From assembly GCF_003018255.1 (NCBI RefSeq), contig NZ_CP027440.1: 64,000 nucleotides of DNA. One strand, given 5' to 3'. Source of the DNA: Escherichia coli. GTDB taxonomy: Bacteria > Pseudomonadota > Gammaproteobacteria > Enterobacterales > Enterobacteriaceae. Each line of letters begins with the position of its first letter. Position 1 is the stretch's first letter. The notes under the pieces were generated by a model. It made no database searches, had not been told where the DNA came from, and saw only the letters and a list, made by a program, of their open reading frames with translations. Made by a program: the position numbers and the translations under genes. Below, one piece after another: positions 35,492-46,539 of this stretch.

Positions 35492-36748
35492 ATGACCCTT
35501 TTAGCACTCGGTATCAACCATAAAACGGCACCTGTATCGCTGCGAGAACGTGTATCGTTTTCGCCGGATAAGCTCGATCAGGCGCTTGACAGCCTGCTTG
35601 CGCAGCCGATGGTGCAGGGCGGCGTGGTGCTGTCGACGTGCAATCGCACGGAACTTTATCTTAGCGTTGAAGAGCAGGATAACCTGCAAGAGGCGTTAAT
35701 CCGCTGGCTTTGCGATTATCACAATCTTAATGAAGAAGACCTGCGTAAAAGCCTCTACTGGCATCAGGATAACGACGCGGTTAGCCATTTAATGCGTGTT
35801 GCCAGCGGCCTGGATTCACTGGTTTTGGGGGAGCCGCAGATCCTCGGTCAGGTTAAAAAAGCGTTTGCCGATTCGCAAAAAGGCCATATGAAGGCCAGCG
35901 AACTGGAACGCATGTTTCAGAAATCTTTCTCTGTAGCGAAACGTGTTCGCACTGAAACAGATATCGGTGCCAGCGCTGTTTCTGTCGCTTTTGCGGCTTG
36001 TACGCTGGCGCGGCAGATCTTTGAATCGCTCTCTACGGTGACGGTACTGCTGGTGGGTGCGGGCGAAACCATCGAGCTGGTGGCGCGTCATCTGCGCGAA
36101 CACAAAGTACAGAAGATGATTATCGCCAACCGCACTCGCGAACGTGCCCAAATTCTGGCAGATGAAGTCGGCGCGGAAGTTATTGCCCTGAGTGATATCG
36201 ACGAACGTCTGCGCGAAGCCGATATCATCATCAGTTCCACCGCCAGCCCGTTACCGATTATCGGGAAAGGCATGGTGGAGCGCGCATTAAAAAGCCGTCG
36301 CAACCAACCAATGCTGTTGGTGGATATTGCCGTTCCGCGCGATGTTGAGCCGGAAGTTGGCAAACTGGCGAATGCTTATCTTTATAGCGTGGACGATCTG
36401 CAAAGCATCATTTCGCACAACCTGGCGCAGCGTAAAGCCGCAGCGGTTGAGGCGGAAACTATTGTCGCTCAGGAAACCAGCGAATTTATGGCGTGGCTGC
36501 GTGCACAAAGCGCCAGCGAAACCATTCGCGAGTATCGCAGCCAGGCAGAGCACGTTCGCGATGAGTTAACTGCCAAAGCGTTAGCGGCCCTTGAGCAGGG
36601 CGGTGACGCTCAAGCCATTATGCAGGATCTGGCATGGAAACTGACTAACCGCCTGATCCATGCGCCAACGAAATCACTTCAACAGGCCGCCCGTGACGGG
36701 GATAACGAACGCCTGAATATTCTGCGCGACGGCCTCGGGCTGGAGTAG
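35492..36748 (+). CDS. hemA: HemA, glutamyl-tRNA reductase
   Basis: The start is at ATG 35492 ([14 protein letters not shown]), giving 418 aa. The track ORF is extended 66 codons upstream. Confidence 0.96.
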
Positions 36749-36789
36749 CAGTACATCATTTTCTTTTTTTACAGGGTGCATTTACGCCT

Positions 36790-37872
36790 ATGAAGCCTTC
36801 TATCGTTGCCAAACTGGAAGCCCTGCATGAACGCCATGAAGAAGTTCAGGCGTTGCTGGGTGACGCGCAAACTATCGCCGACCAGGAACGTTTTCGCGCA
36901 TTATCACGCGAATATGCGCAGTTAAGTGATGTTTCGCGCTGTTTTACCGACTGGCAACAGGTTCAGGAAGATATCGAAACCGCACAGATGATGCTCGACG
37001 ATCCTGAAATGCGTGAGATGGCGCAGGATGAACTGCGCGAAGCTAAAGAAAAAAGCGAGCAACTGGAACAGCAATTACAGGTTCTGTTACTACCAAAAGA
37101 TCCTGATGACGAACGTAACGCCTTCCTCGAAGTCCGTGCCGGAACCGGCGGCGACGAAGCGGCGCTCTTCGCTGGCGATCTGTTCCGTATGTACAGCCGT
37201 TACGCCGAAGCCCGCCGCTGGCGTGTAGAAATCATGAGCGCCAGCGAGGGTGAACATGGTGGTTATAAAGAGATCATCGCCAAAATTAGCGGTGATGGTG
37301 TATATGGTCGTTTGAAATTCGAATCTGGCGGTCATCGCGTGCAGCGTGTGCCTGCTACGGAATCGCAGGGTCGAATTCATACTTCCGCTTGTACCGTTGC
37401 GGTAATGCCAGAACTGCCTGACGCAGAACTGCCGGACATCAACCCAGCAGATTTGCGCATTGATACTTTCCGCTCGTCAGGGGCGGGTGGTCAGCACGTT
37501 AACACCACCGATTCGGCAATTCGTATTACTCACTTGCCGACCGGGATTGTTGTTGAATGTCAGGACGAACGTTCACAACATAAAAACAAAGCTAAAGCAC
37601 TTTCTGTACTCGGTGCTCGCATCCACGCTGCAGAAATGGCAAAACGGCAACAGGCCGAAGCGTCTACCCGTCGTAACCTGCTGGGGAGTGGCGATCGCAG
37701 CGACCGTAACCGTACTTACAACTTCCCACAGGGGCGCGTTACCGATCACCGCATCAACCTGACGCTCTACCGCCTGGATGAAGTGATGGAAGGTAAGCTG
37801 GATATGCTGATTGAACCGATTATCCAGGAACATCAGGCCGACCAACTGGCGGCGTTGTCCGAGCAGGAATAA
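36790..37872 (+). CDS. prfA: Peptide chain release factor 1
   Basis: A 360-aa ORF with the RF1 tripeptide PAT (RVPATES) and the GGQ motif (SGAGGQHVN). Confidence 0.98.
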
Positions 37873-38705
37873 TGGAATATCAACACTGGTTACGTGAAGC
37901 AATAAGCCAACTTCAGGCGAGCGAAAGCCCGCGGCGTGATGCTGAAATCCTGCTGGAGCATGTTACCGGCAGAGGGCGTACTTTTATTCTCGCCTTTGGT
38001 GAAACGCAGCTGACTGACGAACAATGTCAGCAACTTGATGCGCTACTGACGCGTCGTCGCGATGGTGAACCCATTGCTCATTTAACCGGGGTGCGAGAAT
38101 TCTGGTCGTTGCCGTTATTTGTTTCGCCAGCGACCTTAATTCCGCGCCCGGATACGGAGTGTCTGGTGGAGCAGGCACTGGCGCGGTTGCCTGAACAACC
38201 TTGCCGTATTCTCGATCTCGGGACGGGTACCGGGGCGATTGCGCTGGCGCTGGCCAGCGAGCGTCCGGACTGCGAAATTACCGCTGTAGATCGTATGCCA
38301 GATGCTGTCGCCCTGGCGCAACGTAATGCCCAGAATCTGGCGATCAAAAACATCCATATTCTGCAAAGCGACTGGTTTAGCGCGCTAGCCGGGCAGCAGT
38401 TTGCGATGATTGTCAGTAATCCGCCGTATATTGACGAGCAGGACCCACATCTTCAACAAGGCGATGTCCGCTTTGAGCCGCTCACTGCGCTGGTTGCGGC
38501 AGACAGTGGAATGGCAGACATCGTGCATATCATCGAACAGTCGCGTAACGCGCTGGTATCCGGCGGCTTTCTGCTTCTGGAACATGGTTGGCAGCAGGGC
38601 GAAGCGGTGCGACAGGCATTTATCCACGCGGGATATCATGACGTCGAAACCTGTCGGGACTATGGTGATAACGAGCGCGTAACGCTCGGCCGCTATTATC
38701 AATGA
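37872..38705 (+). CDS. prmC: PrmC (HemK), release-factor glutamine N5-methyltransferase
   Basis: A 277-aa ORF with the NPPY motif (VSNPPYI) and the SAM motif LDLGTGTG. The start overlaps the prfA stop. Confidence 0.96.
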   Translation: MEYQHWLREAISQLQASESPRRDAEILLEHVTGRGRTFILAFGETQLTDEQCQQLDALLTRRRDGEPIAHLTGVREFWSLPLFVSPATLIPRPDTECLVEQALARLPEQPCRILDLGTGTGAIALALASERPDCEITAVDRMPDAVALAQRNAQNLAIKNIHILQSDWFSALAGQQFAMIVSNPPYIDEQDPHLQQGDVRFEPLTALVAADSGMADIVHIIEQSRNALVSGGFLLLEHGWQQGEAVRQAFIHAGYHDVETCRDYGDNERVTLGRYYQ

Positions 38706-39094
38706 CAAGTTTTTCTACACTGCTTAGTGTTCATCTTATTAGTATCGCGCTTTCAGTTGGGCTATTAACCTTACGTTTCTGGCTACGTTATCAGAAGCAT
38801 CCACAGGCATTTGCGCGCTGGACGCGCATTGTGCCGCCGGTTGTCGATACGCTGTTATTGTTAAGCGGCATTGCGTTGATGGCTAAAGCGCACATCCTGC
38901 CATTTTCCGGGCAGGCACAGTGGCTGACTGAAAAGCTGTTTGGAGTTATCATTTATATCGTTTTGGGTTTTATTGCACTCGATTATCGTCGTATGCACAG
39001 TCAGCAGGCGCGCATTATTGCCTTCCCGCTGGCGTTGGTGGTGCTGTACATCATCATTAAACTCGCCACCACAAAAGTACCGTTACTGGGGTAA
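38702..39094 (+). CDS. ychQ: YchQ (SirB2) inner-membrane protein
   Basis: A 130-aa four-TM ORF whose start overlaps the prmC stop (ATGA). Confidence 0.9.
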   Translation: MTSFSTLLSVHLISIALSVGLLTLRFWLRYQKHPQAFARWTRIVPPVVDTLLLLSGIALMAKAHILPFSGQAQWLTEKLFGVIIYIVLGFIALDYRRMHSQQARIIAFPLALVVLYIIIKLATTKVPLLG

Positions 39095-39097
39095 GTC

Positions 39098-39907
39098 ATG
39101 AGATCGTTAGCTGATTTCGAATTTAATAAAGCGCCATTGTGCGAAGGCATGATCCTGGCTTGCGAAGCAATCCGCCGCGATTTTCCCTCGCAAGATGTTT
39201 ACGACGAACTGGAGCGTCTCGTTAGTCTGGCGAAGGAAGAAATCAGCCAGCTTCTGCCTTTAGAAGAGCAGCTGGAAAAACTGATCGCGCTGTTTTACGG
39301 CGACTGGGGATTTAAAGCCTCACGCGGCGTTTATCGTCTTTCCGATGCATTATGGCTGGACCAGGTGTTAAAGAATCGACAGGGCAGTGCGGTATCATTA
39401 GGTGCCGTTTTATTATGGGTCGCGAATCGTCTTGATTTGCCGCTGCTGCCGGTGATTTTCCCTACGCAGCTGATATTGCGCATTGAATGTCCGGATGGCG
39501 AAATTTGGCTGATTAATCCTTTTAACGGTGAATCGTTAAGCGAACATATGCTGGACGTATGGTTAAAGGGAAATATCAGCCCGTCGGCGGAACTGTTTTA
39601 TGAAGACCTTGATGAAGCTGATAACATTGAGGTAATCCGCAAATTGCTGGATACACTCAAAGCTTCGTTGATGGAAGAGAATCAGATGGAGCTGGCGTTA
39701 CGCACCAGCGAAGCTTTATTACAATTCAACCCGGAAGATCCCTATGAAATTCGCGATCGCGGGTTGATTTATGCGCAACTGGATTGCGAACACGTTGCGT
39801 TGAACGATTTAAGTTATTTCGTTGAACAGTGTCCGGAAGACCCGATCAGCGAAATGATCCGTGCGCAAATAAATAACATCGCGCATAAACATATTGTGCT
39901 GCATTAA
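39098..39907 (+). CDS. sirB1: SirB1 (YchA), transglutaminase-like/TPR protein
   Basis: A 269-aa ORF recognised as YchA/SirB1. Confidence 0.9.
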   Translation: MRSLADFEFNKAPLCEGMILACEAIRRDFPSQDVYDELERLVSLAKEEISQLLPLEEQLEKLIALFYGDWGFKASRGVYRLSDALWLDQVLKNRQGSAVSLGAVLLWVANRLDLPLLPVIFPTQLILRIECPDGEIWLINPFNGESLSEHMLDVWLKGNISPSAELFYEDLDEADNIEVIRKLLDTLKASLMEENQMELALRTSEALLQFNPEDPYEIRDRGLIYAQLDCEHVALNDLSYFVEQCPEDPISEMIRAQINNIAHKHIVLH

Positions 39908-39933
39908 TTAATCGACATTTTACTCAAGATTAA

Positions 39934-40797
<864 letters not shown>

Positions 40798-40816
40798 TCT
40801 TTTTTGCCTGAAAACT

Positions 40817-40849
40817 AAAGCCTTAGCGTTCTGCGTTAAGGCTTTTTTC
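40817..40849 (+). terminator. Rho-independent terminator after kdsA
   Basis: Hairpin aagcctta...taaggctt, followed by tttttt. Confidence 0.8.
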
Positions 40850-40945
40850 ATGGGGGCCGGATACAAAAAGGGCCGCAGGCTGTTACCCCTGCGGCCGGTT
40901 TCGGGCGCATATTGCCATCACGGCAGCCTGACGCCCGTTTTCGCC

Positions 40946-41053
40946 TTACTTCCGGTTACGCCACCAGCCGACAATCGCTGCGGTAATAATTCCCGCCAGG
41001 ATCGGTGCTGCCAGGTCGTGCCAGAAAATCACGGTAAACTGCGCGAGCGTCAT
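40946..41053 (-). CDS. ldr: Ldr-family type I toxin peptide (35 aa)
   Basis: This ORF is not in the track because it is under 60 aa. My own translation gives MTLAQFTVIFWHDLAAPILAGIITAAIVGWWRNRK, which is near-identical to the K-12 LdrA-D peptides as I remember them. Confidence 0.9.
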   Translation of the reverse strand: MTLAQFTVIFWHDLAAPILAGIITAAIVGWWRNRK

Positions 41054-41100
41054 ATAGCCGCCTTGTTGTAATGACAACATTTTGCGGCTATTCTTGAATT

Positions 41101-41167
41101 GTTCTGGTTCAAGATTAGCCCCCGTTCTGTTGTCAGGTTATACCTCTCAACGTGCGGGGGTTTTCTC
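41101..41167 (+). ncRNA. rdl: Rdl antisense RNA (antitoxin of ldr)
   Basis: The sequence gttctggttcaagattagcccccgttctgttgtcaggttatacctctcaacgtgcgggggttttctc closely matches the remembered rdlA sequence. It ends in the hairpin cccccg...cggggg plus ttttctc and lies antisense to the ldr 5' leader. The ends are approximate. Confidence 0.75.
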
Positions 41168-41457
41168 TTTCCAGCAACCAATGCCACCAGGGATAAAGCC
41201 CCCGCAACATTGCGCCTCACCGGATAACGCCGGCTTGGTGTGGATACTACGACTCAATTCATCTTCACTTCATCCCTGAAATGTTTGCAATGAAGAGTGC
41301 ATTCCGGTTTTTCAACAGCTGTTACAGTCGTTTCGTGCAGGTTGTGGTTCAGGCTCGCAATTCTGATTAACAACCTGTCCAGGTAGTATGAAGAAATACA
41401 ATAAGCAGGAATTTATATTATCTCCCCCGATTTCCGTCATCGGAGGAGATATAACTG

Positions 41458-42558
41458 TCAGGCAAATATCGTCATCAAATAGGCGGCAAACAGTGCCAGA
41501 TGCGCTGCGCCATTGAGCACGTTAGTACGTCCGGTGGAGAAGGAGATATGACACAGCACTAAAGAGGCCACCATCACCACCATTTCTGGCGCACCAAGTG
41601 CAAACTGCAATTCGTTACCCGTCATAAAGGCAATTAGCGTGACGACAGGTACGGTAAGCGAAATGGTTGCTAACACTGAACCAAAGAACAGATTCATCGC
41701 GCGCTGGACCTGGTTGTTCAACACTGCTTTTAACGCACCTAAACCTTCCGGCGACAGAATCAACAGAGCCACCAGGAAGCCAGTAAAGGCGACAGGGGCA
41801 TTCATGCTGTCGAGCAATGTCTCCAGCGGGCTGGCGTTCATTTTGGTCACCGCAATAACGGCAATCAGATGGACAATCAACCAGATAGCATGCCACAGGC
41901 TGCTATGGGCAGACGGTTTACCGTGATGCGGGTCGTCGTCATCACTGTCATCTTCGTGCTCGTAGACAAACAAACTTTGATGCGTTTTGGTCTGGATCAG
42001 CAAAAATACGCCATACATTGCCGCAGAAATTAATGCTACCAGTAACGCCTGACCGGTTGAAAAATTCGCCGCAGGCAGAGCCATTGGAAATACCAGTACG
42101 ATTATCGCCAGGGGGAACAGCGCAATTAAATACTGCTTGATACCAAACAGATTCATATATTGGGTGGCAAACTTGCGTCCGCCCAACAATAATGAAAAGC
42201 CAACCAGCCCACCGGTAACAATCATAATGATTGAATAGAGCGTATCACGCATTAGCGTTGGCGCGGCGTCGCCGGTTGCCATTAAAGCTGAAATCAAACT
42301 GACTTCAAGAATAACCACTGAAAGGCTAAGAATAAGCGAACCGTAAGGCTCTCCCAGGCGATGGGCTAATACGTCCGCATGACGGACAACACTAAAGGCG
42401 CTACTTAAAATACCAATAAGAGCAAGAAGATTGATGGCAATGACCACTGGTAGTGTCTGGCTGCTTCCCCACAGGAACAGCACTACCAGCGCCAGAACCG
42501 GGAAAATAAGCGAAGTCTCCTTGTGGCGGGTTTTTACCGCCTCTTGAGCATTTGACAT
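41458..42558 (-). CDS. chaA: ChaA, Ca2+(Na+,K+)/H+ antiporter
   Basis: The start is at ATG 42558 (MSNAQEAVKTRHK), giving 366 aa. It has the acidic loop EHEDDSDDDD. Confidence 0.95.
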   Translation of the reverse strand: MSNAQEAVKTRHKETSLIFPVLALVVLFLWGSSQTLPVVIAINLLALIGILSSAFSVVRHADVLAHRLGEPYGSLILSLSVVILEVSLISALMATGDAAPTLMRDTLYSIIMIVTGGLVGFSLLLGGRKFATQYMNLFGIKQYLIALFPLAIIVLVFPMALPAANFSTGQALLVALISAAMYGVFLLIQTKTHQSLFVYEHEDDSDDDDPHHGKPSAHSSLWHAIWLIVHLIAVIAVTKMNASPLETLLDSMNAPVAFTGFLVALLILSPEGLGALKAVLNNQVQRAMNLFFGSVLATISLTVPVVTLIAFMTGNELQFALGAPEMVVMVASLVLCHISFSTGRTNVLNGAAHLALFAAYLMTIFA

Positions 42559-42827
42559 TATGGTTATCCCTTTGCAGATGAATTTATCGAAAATGTAAAA
42601 AATAGGTAGGAAAAATAACAGAAAGTGTCTGGATATCGGTAACATTTTACGAATTTTTACCCCGCTGTCGATTTTTTACTCATTTGGGCATAAAAATAAG
42701 TAATACGTTTAGACAATGTTTGTTTTAGCACTTCTTAAGAAGAGTCTGACATGAAAATTCTTATGTTTTGGCAAGAGTAGATATTGTTGACCACACTTAA
42801 TGTTCAACTTTGTAAAAGGAGTCAACG

Positions 42828-43058
42828 ATGCCGTATAAAACGAAAAGCGATCTGCCGGAAAGCGTAAAGCACGTGCTTCCGTCTCATGCCCAGGATATCT
42901 ATAAAGAAGCGTTCAACAGCGCATGGGATCAATATAAAGATAAAGAAGATCGGCGTGATGACGCCAGTCGCGAAGAAACAGCGCATAAAGTGGCCTGGGC
43001 TGCTGTGAAGCATGAATATGCCAAAGGGGATGATGATAAATGGCATAAAAAATCGTAA
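42828..43058 (+). CDS. chaB: ChaB, cation transport regulator-like protein
   Basis: A 76-aa ORF recognised as ChaB. Confidence 0.92.
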   Translation: MPYKTKSDLPESVKHVLPSHAQDIYKEAFNSAWDQYKDKEDRRDDASREETAHKVAWAAVKHEYAKGDDDKWHKKS

Positions 43059-43215
43059 AACCGGTAGCTTAGTTAAAGCTATTCGTGCGGTGTTGCCTTG
43101 CAAGTGGTCCGTGGATTGCATATTGTCCCGTTAGTGGTTTCAAAATGAGCAGTAAAAATGTCCGGAAGACACCAAAAAGTTGTCGCAGGGAAGTATGCAG
43201 TGGCGGAGGTGTAAG

Positions 43216-43911
43216 GTGATAACGCGTGATTTCTTGATGAATGCCGATTGTAAAACGGCATTTGGTGCCATTGAAGAATCACTCTTATGGTCAGCAGAAC
43301 AACGGGCGGCTTCGCTGGCGGCGACGCTGGCTTGTCGACCTGATGAGGGACCGGTGTGGATCTTCGGTTATGGATCGTTGATGTGGAATCCGGCACTGGA
43401 GTTTACCGAGTCGTGCACCGGTACACTGGTTGGATGGCATCGTGCGTTTTGCCTGCGCCTGACCGCCGGGCGCGGGACTGCGCACCAGCCGGGACGGATG
43501 CTTGCACTGAAAGAGGGCGGACGCACCACAGGCGTCGCCTATCGACTGCCAGAAGAGACGCTGGAGCAGGAACTAACCCTGTTGTGGAAGCGCGAGATGA
43601 TTACCGGCTGTTATCTGCCAACCTGGTGTCAGCTTGATCTTGATGATGGACGCACAGTAAACGCCATTGTGTTTATTATGGACCCGCGACATCCAGAATA
43701 TGAATCTGACACTCGCGCTCAGGTCATCGCGCCGTTGATTGCGGCGGCGAGCGGTCCACTGGGAACCAACGCACAATACCTGTTTTCACTGGAACAGGAG
43801 CTTATCAAACTGGGAATGCAGGACGATGGGCTGAATGATTTGCTGGTATCGGTAAAAAAACTGCTGGCGGAGAATTATCCGGATGGTGTGTTACGGCCGG
43901 GACTCGCCTGA
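43216..43911 (+). CDS. chaC: ChaC, gamma-glutamylcyclotransferase-family glutathione-degrading enzyme
   Basis: A GTG start at 43216 (VITRDFLMNADCK) gives 231 aa. It has the motif FGYGSLMW. Confidence 0.9.
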   Translation: MITRDFLMNADCKTAFGAIEESLLWSAEQRAASLAATLACRPDEGPVWIFGYGSLMWNPALEFTESCTGTLVGWHRAFCLRLTAGRGTAHQPGRMLALKEGGRTTGVAYRLPEETLEQELTLLWKREMITGCYLPTWCQLDLDDGRTVNAIVFIMDPRHPEYESDTRAQVIAPLIAAASGPLGTNAQYLFSLEQELIKLGMQDDGLNDLLVSVKKLLAENYPDGVLRPGLA

Positions 43912-43954
43912 GTAAACTTCCCTCATAGTGGGGCGTCAGACGCCCCCTCAAACA

Positions 43955-44308
43955 TTAAAATGTGAGCACTTTATCGGCTGACAGCGTCCATTGCGCCAGT
44001 TCCACAAGCGTACCGATTTCCACCCCATCAATCAGAGGAAGTGTACTAATCCCGCGCCCGTCGGTACAGGTTTTGCACAATTTCACCGGTACATTCTGAG
44101 CGGTAAGGATCTCCAGCATTTGCTGAATGTTGTAGCCTTCCCCTGGTTTTTGCCCGCGCAACCCGGCTGTGACCGCATCAGACATCAGGAACAGACGCAG
44201 ATCCAGATTGCTCTCCTGCTCTCGTAACGCAATGGCCAGCCGCAAGCTGTTAAATAAGGATTCGCTCCCGTAAGGTGCGCCATTGGCAACGATCACGATT
44301 TTTTGCAT
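43955..44308 (-). CDS. ychN: YchN, DsrE/DsrF-like protein
   Basis: A 117-aa ORF recognised as YchN. Confidence 0.92.
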   Translation of the reverse strand: MQKIVIVANGAPYGSESLFNSLRLAIALREQESNLDLRLFLMSDAVTAGLRGQKPGEGYNIQQMLEILTAQNVPVKLCKTCTDGRGISTLPLIDGVEIGTLVELAQWTLSADKVLTF

Positions 44309-44325
44309 TATTTACTCCTGTATTC

Positions 44326-44429
<104 letters not shown>

Positions 44430-44493
44430 TTGCCAGTAATCGTTATTCTTTAGGGCTATGGTTTTTCATTTTTTACCGGAAGTTACCGACGTT

Positions 44494-45888
44494 TTGAGCC
44501 GTTTCGTTCCTCGCATTATTCCGTTTTATTTACTCTTGCTGGCGGCAGGCGGTACAGCTAACGCACAATCTACCTTCGAGCAAAAAGCGGCAAATCCCTT
44601 TGATAATAACAATGATGGTCTGCCGGATTTAGGCATGGCACCTGAAAATCATGATGGGGAAAAACACTTTGCTGAAATTGTGAAAGATTTCGGCGAAACC
44701 AGTATGAATGATAACGGGCTGGATACTGGCGAGCAGGCAAAAGCTTTCGCATTGGGAAAAGTCCGCGACGCGTTTAGTCAACAGGTTAATCAGCACGTAG
44801 AGTCGTGGCTATCAGCGTGGGGAAATGCCAGTGTTGACGTCAAAGTGGATAACGAAGGACATTTCACCGGCAGTCGTGGAAGCTGGTTTGTGCCGTTACA
44901 AGATAATGATCGTTATCTCACCTGGAGCCAGCTTGGTCTTACTCAGCAGGATGATGGGCTGGTGAGCAATGTGGGCGTTGGGCAACGCTGGGCGCGCGGC
45001 AGCTGGCTGGTGGGTTATAACACTTTTTATGACAACTTGCTGGACGAAAATCTTCAGCGAGCGGGCTTCGGTGCCGAAGCGTGGGGCGAATATTTGCGAC
45101 TATCGGCAAACTTTTATCAGCCGTTTGCTGCATGGCATGAACAGACAGCCACGCAGGAACAACGGATGGCGCGCGGGTACGACCTGACAGCCCGGATGCG
45201 CATGCCGTTTTATCAACACCTCAATACCAGTGTCAGCGTAGAACAGTATTTTGGTGATCGTGTTGATTTGTTTAACTCTGGTACGGGTTATCACAATCCC
45301 GTCGCGTTGAGTCTGGGATTAAATTATACCCCAGTGCCATTAGTCACTGTGACGGCCCAGCATAAACAGGGTGAAAGTGGCGAAAATCAAAATAACCTCG
45401 GGCTGAATCTTAATTACCGCTTTGGTGTACCGCTCAAAAAACAACTTTCTGCGGGCGAGGTTGCCGAAAGTCAGTCGTTACGTGGTAGTCGCTATGACAA
45501 TCCGCAGCGAAATAATCTACCGACTCTTGAGTACCGACAGCGAAAAACGTTAACGGTGTTTCTGGCGACACCGCCGTGGGATCTAAAACCTGGCGAAACA
45601 GTGCCGCTGAAATTACAAATCCGCAGTCGTTACGGTATTCGGCAACTGATTTGGCAGGGCGATACGCAGATATTAAGTTTGACGCCGGGCGCACAAGCCA
45701 ACAGTGAGGAGGGCTGGACGCTGATCATGCCTGACTGGCAAAACGGGGAAGGCGCAAGCAATCACTGGCGATTGTCAGTGGTGGTGGAAGATAACCAGGG
45801 GCAGCGTGTCTCCTCCAATGAGATCACGCTAACGCTTGTCGAACCGTTCGACGCATTGTCAAACGACGAACTGCGCTGGGAACCGTAA
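44494..45888 (+). CDS. ychO: YchO, invasin/intimin-family outer-membrane protein
   Basis: A TTG start at 44494 gives the signal peptide MSRFVPRIIPFYLLLLAAGGTANA and 464 aa. An ATG at 44458 is the alternative. Confidence 0.85.
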   Translation: MSRFVPRIIPFYLLLLAAGGTANAQSTFEQKAANPFDNNNDGLPDLGMAPENHDGEKHFAEIVKDFGETSMNDNGLDTGEQAKAFALGKVRDAFSQQVNQHVESWLSAWGNASVDVKVDNEGHFTGSRGSWFVPLQDNDRYLTWSQLGLTQQDDGLVSNVGVGQRWARGSWLVGYNTFYDNLLDENLQRAGFGAEAWGEYLRLSANFYQPFAAWHEQTATQEQRMARGYDLTARMRMPFYQHLNTSVSVEQYFGDRVDLFNSGTGYHNPVALSLGLNYTPVPLVTVTAQHKQGESGENQNNLGLNLNYRFGVPLKKQLSAGEVAESQSLRGSRYDNPQRNNLPTLEYRQRKTLTVFLATPPWDLKPGETVPLKLQIRSRYGIRQLIWQGDTQILSLTPGAQANSEEGWTLIMPDWQNGEGASNHWRLSVVVEDNQGQRVSSNEITLTLVEPFDALSNDELRWEP

Positions 45889-46539
45889 TCAGAAAATGCG
45901 CTCCTGATGCACCCATACCGCAGCTTCCACGCGAGACTTTAGCTTCATTTTCTTCAGCATGTGCTTGACGTGAACTTTTACTGTGCTTTCGGTGATGTCC
46001 AGGCGGCGGGCAATCATCTTGTTCGGCAAACCCTGGGCAATTAGCTTGAGAATATCGCGCTCGCGTGGGGTTAACTGGTTAACATCGCGCTCAGTAGTGG
46101 CACGGTTAGCGCGCAAGCTGGCGGCCAGAACAGGCGTTAATGCTTCGCTTAATACCATTTCGCCAGCAGCTGCCTGATGTAACGCTTTCAGCAGATCTTC
46201 CGGTTCCATATCTTTTAACAGATAGCCATCCGCGCCGCGTTTCAGTGCGGTGACCACATCTTCTTCATGGTTAGAGACGCTGAATACCACAATGCGCCCG
46301 GAGAGGGACTTTTCGCGCAGTTTATCCAGCGTTTCCAGACCGTTCATGCCGGGCATATTGAGATCTAACAGGATCAGATCGGGATCAAGAGACTCCGCCA
46401 GTTCAATACCCTGTTCGCCATTACTCGCTTCGCCAACCACGGTGATATCTGGTGCCATACTGATAAGCTGTTTTACGCCAGTTCGCAGCATCGGGTGATC
46501 GTCAATCAGCAGGATAGTAGCCGGTTCCTGATTACTCAT
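45889..46539 (-). CDS. narL: NarL, nitrate/nitrite response regulator
   Basis: The start is at ATG 46539 ([16 protein letters not shown]), giving 216 aa. It has a LuxR-type HTH at the C-terminus and overlaps the narX stop by 8 nt. Confidence 0.97.
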
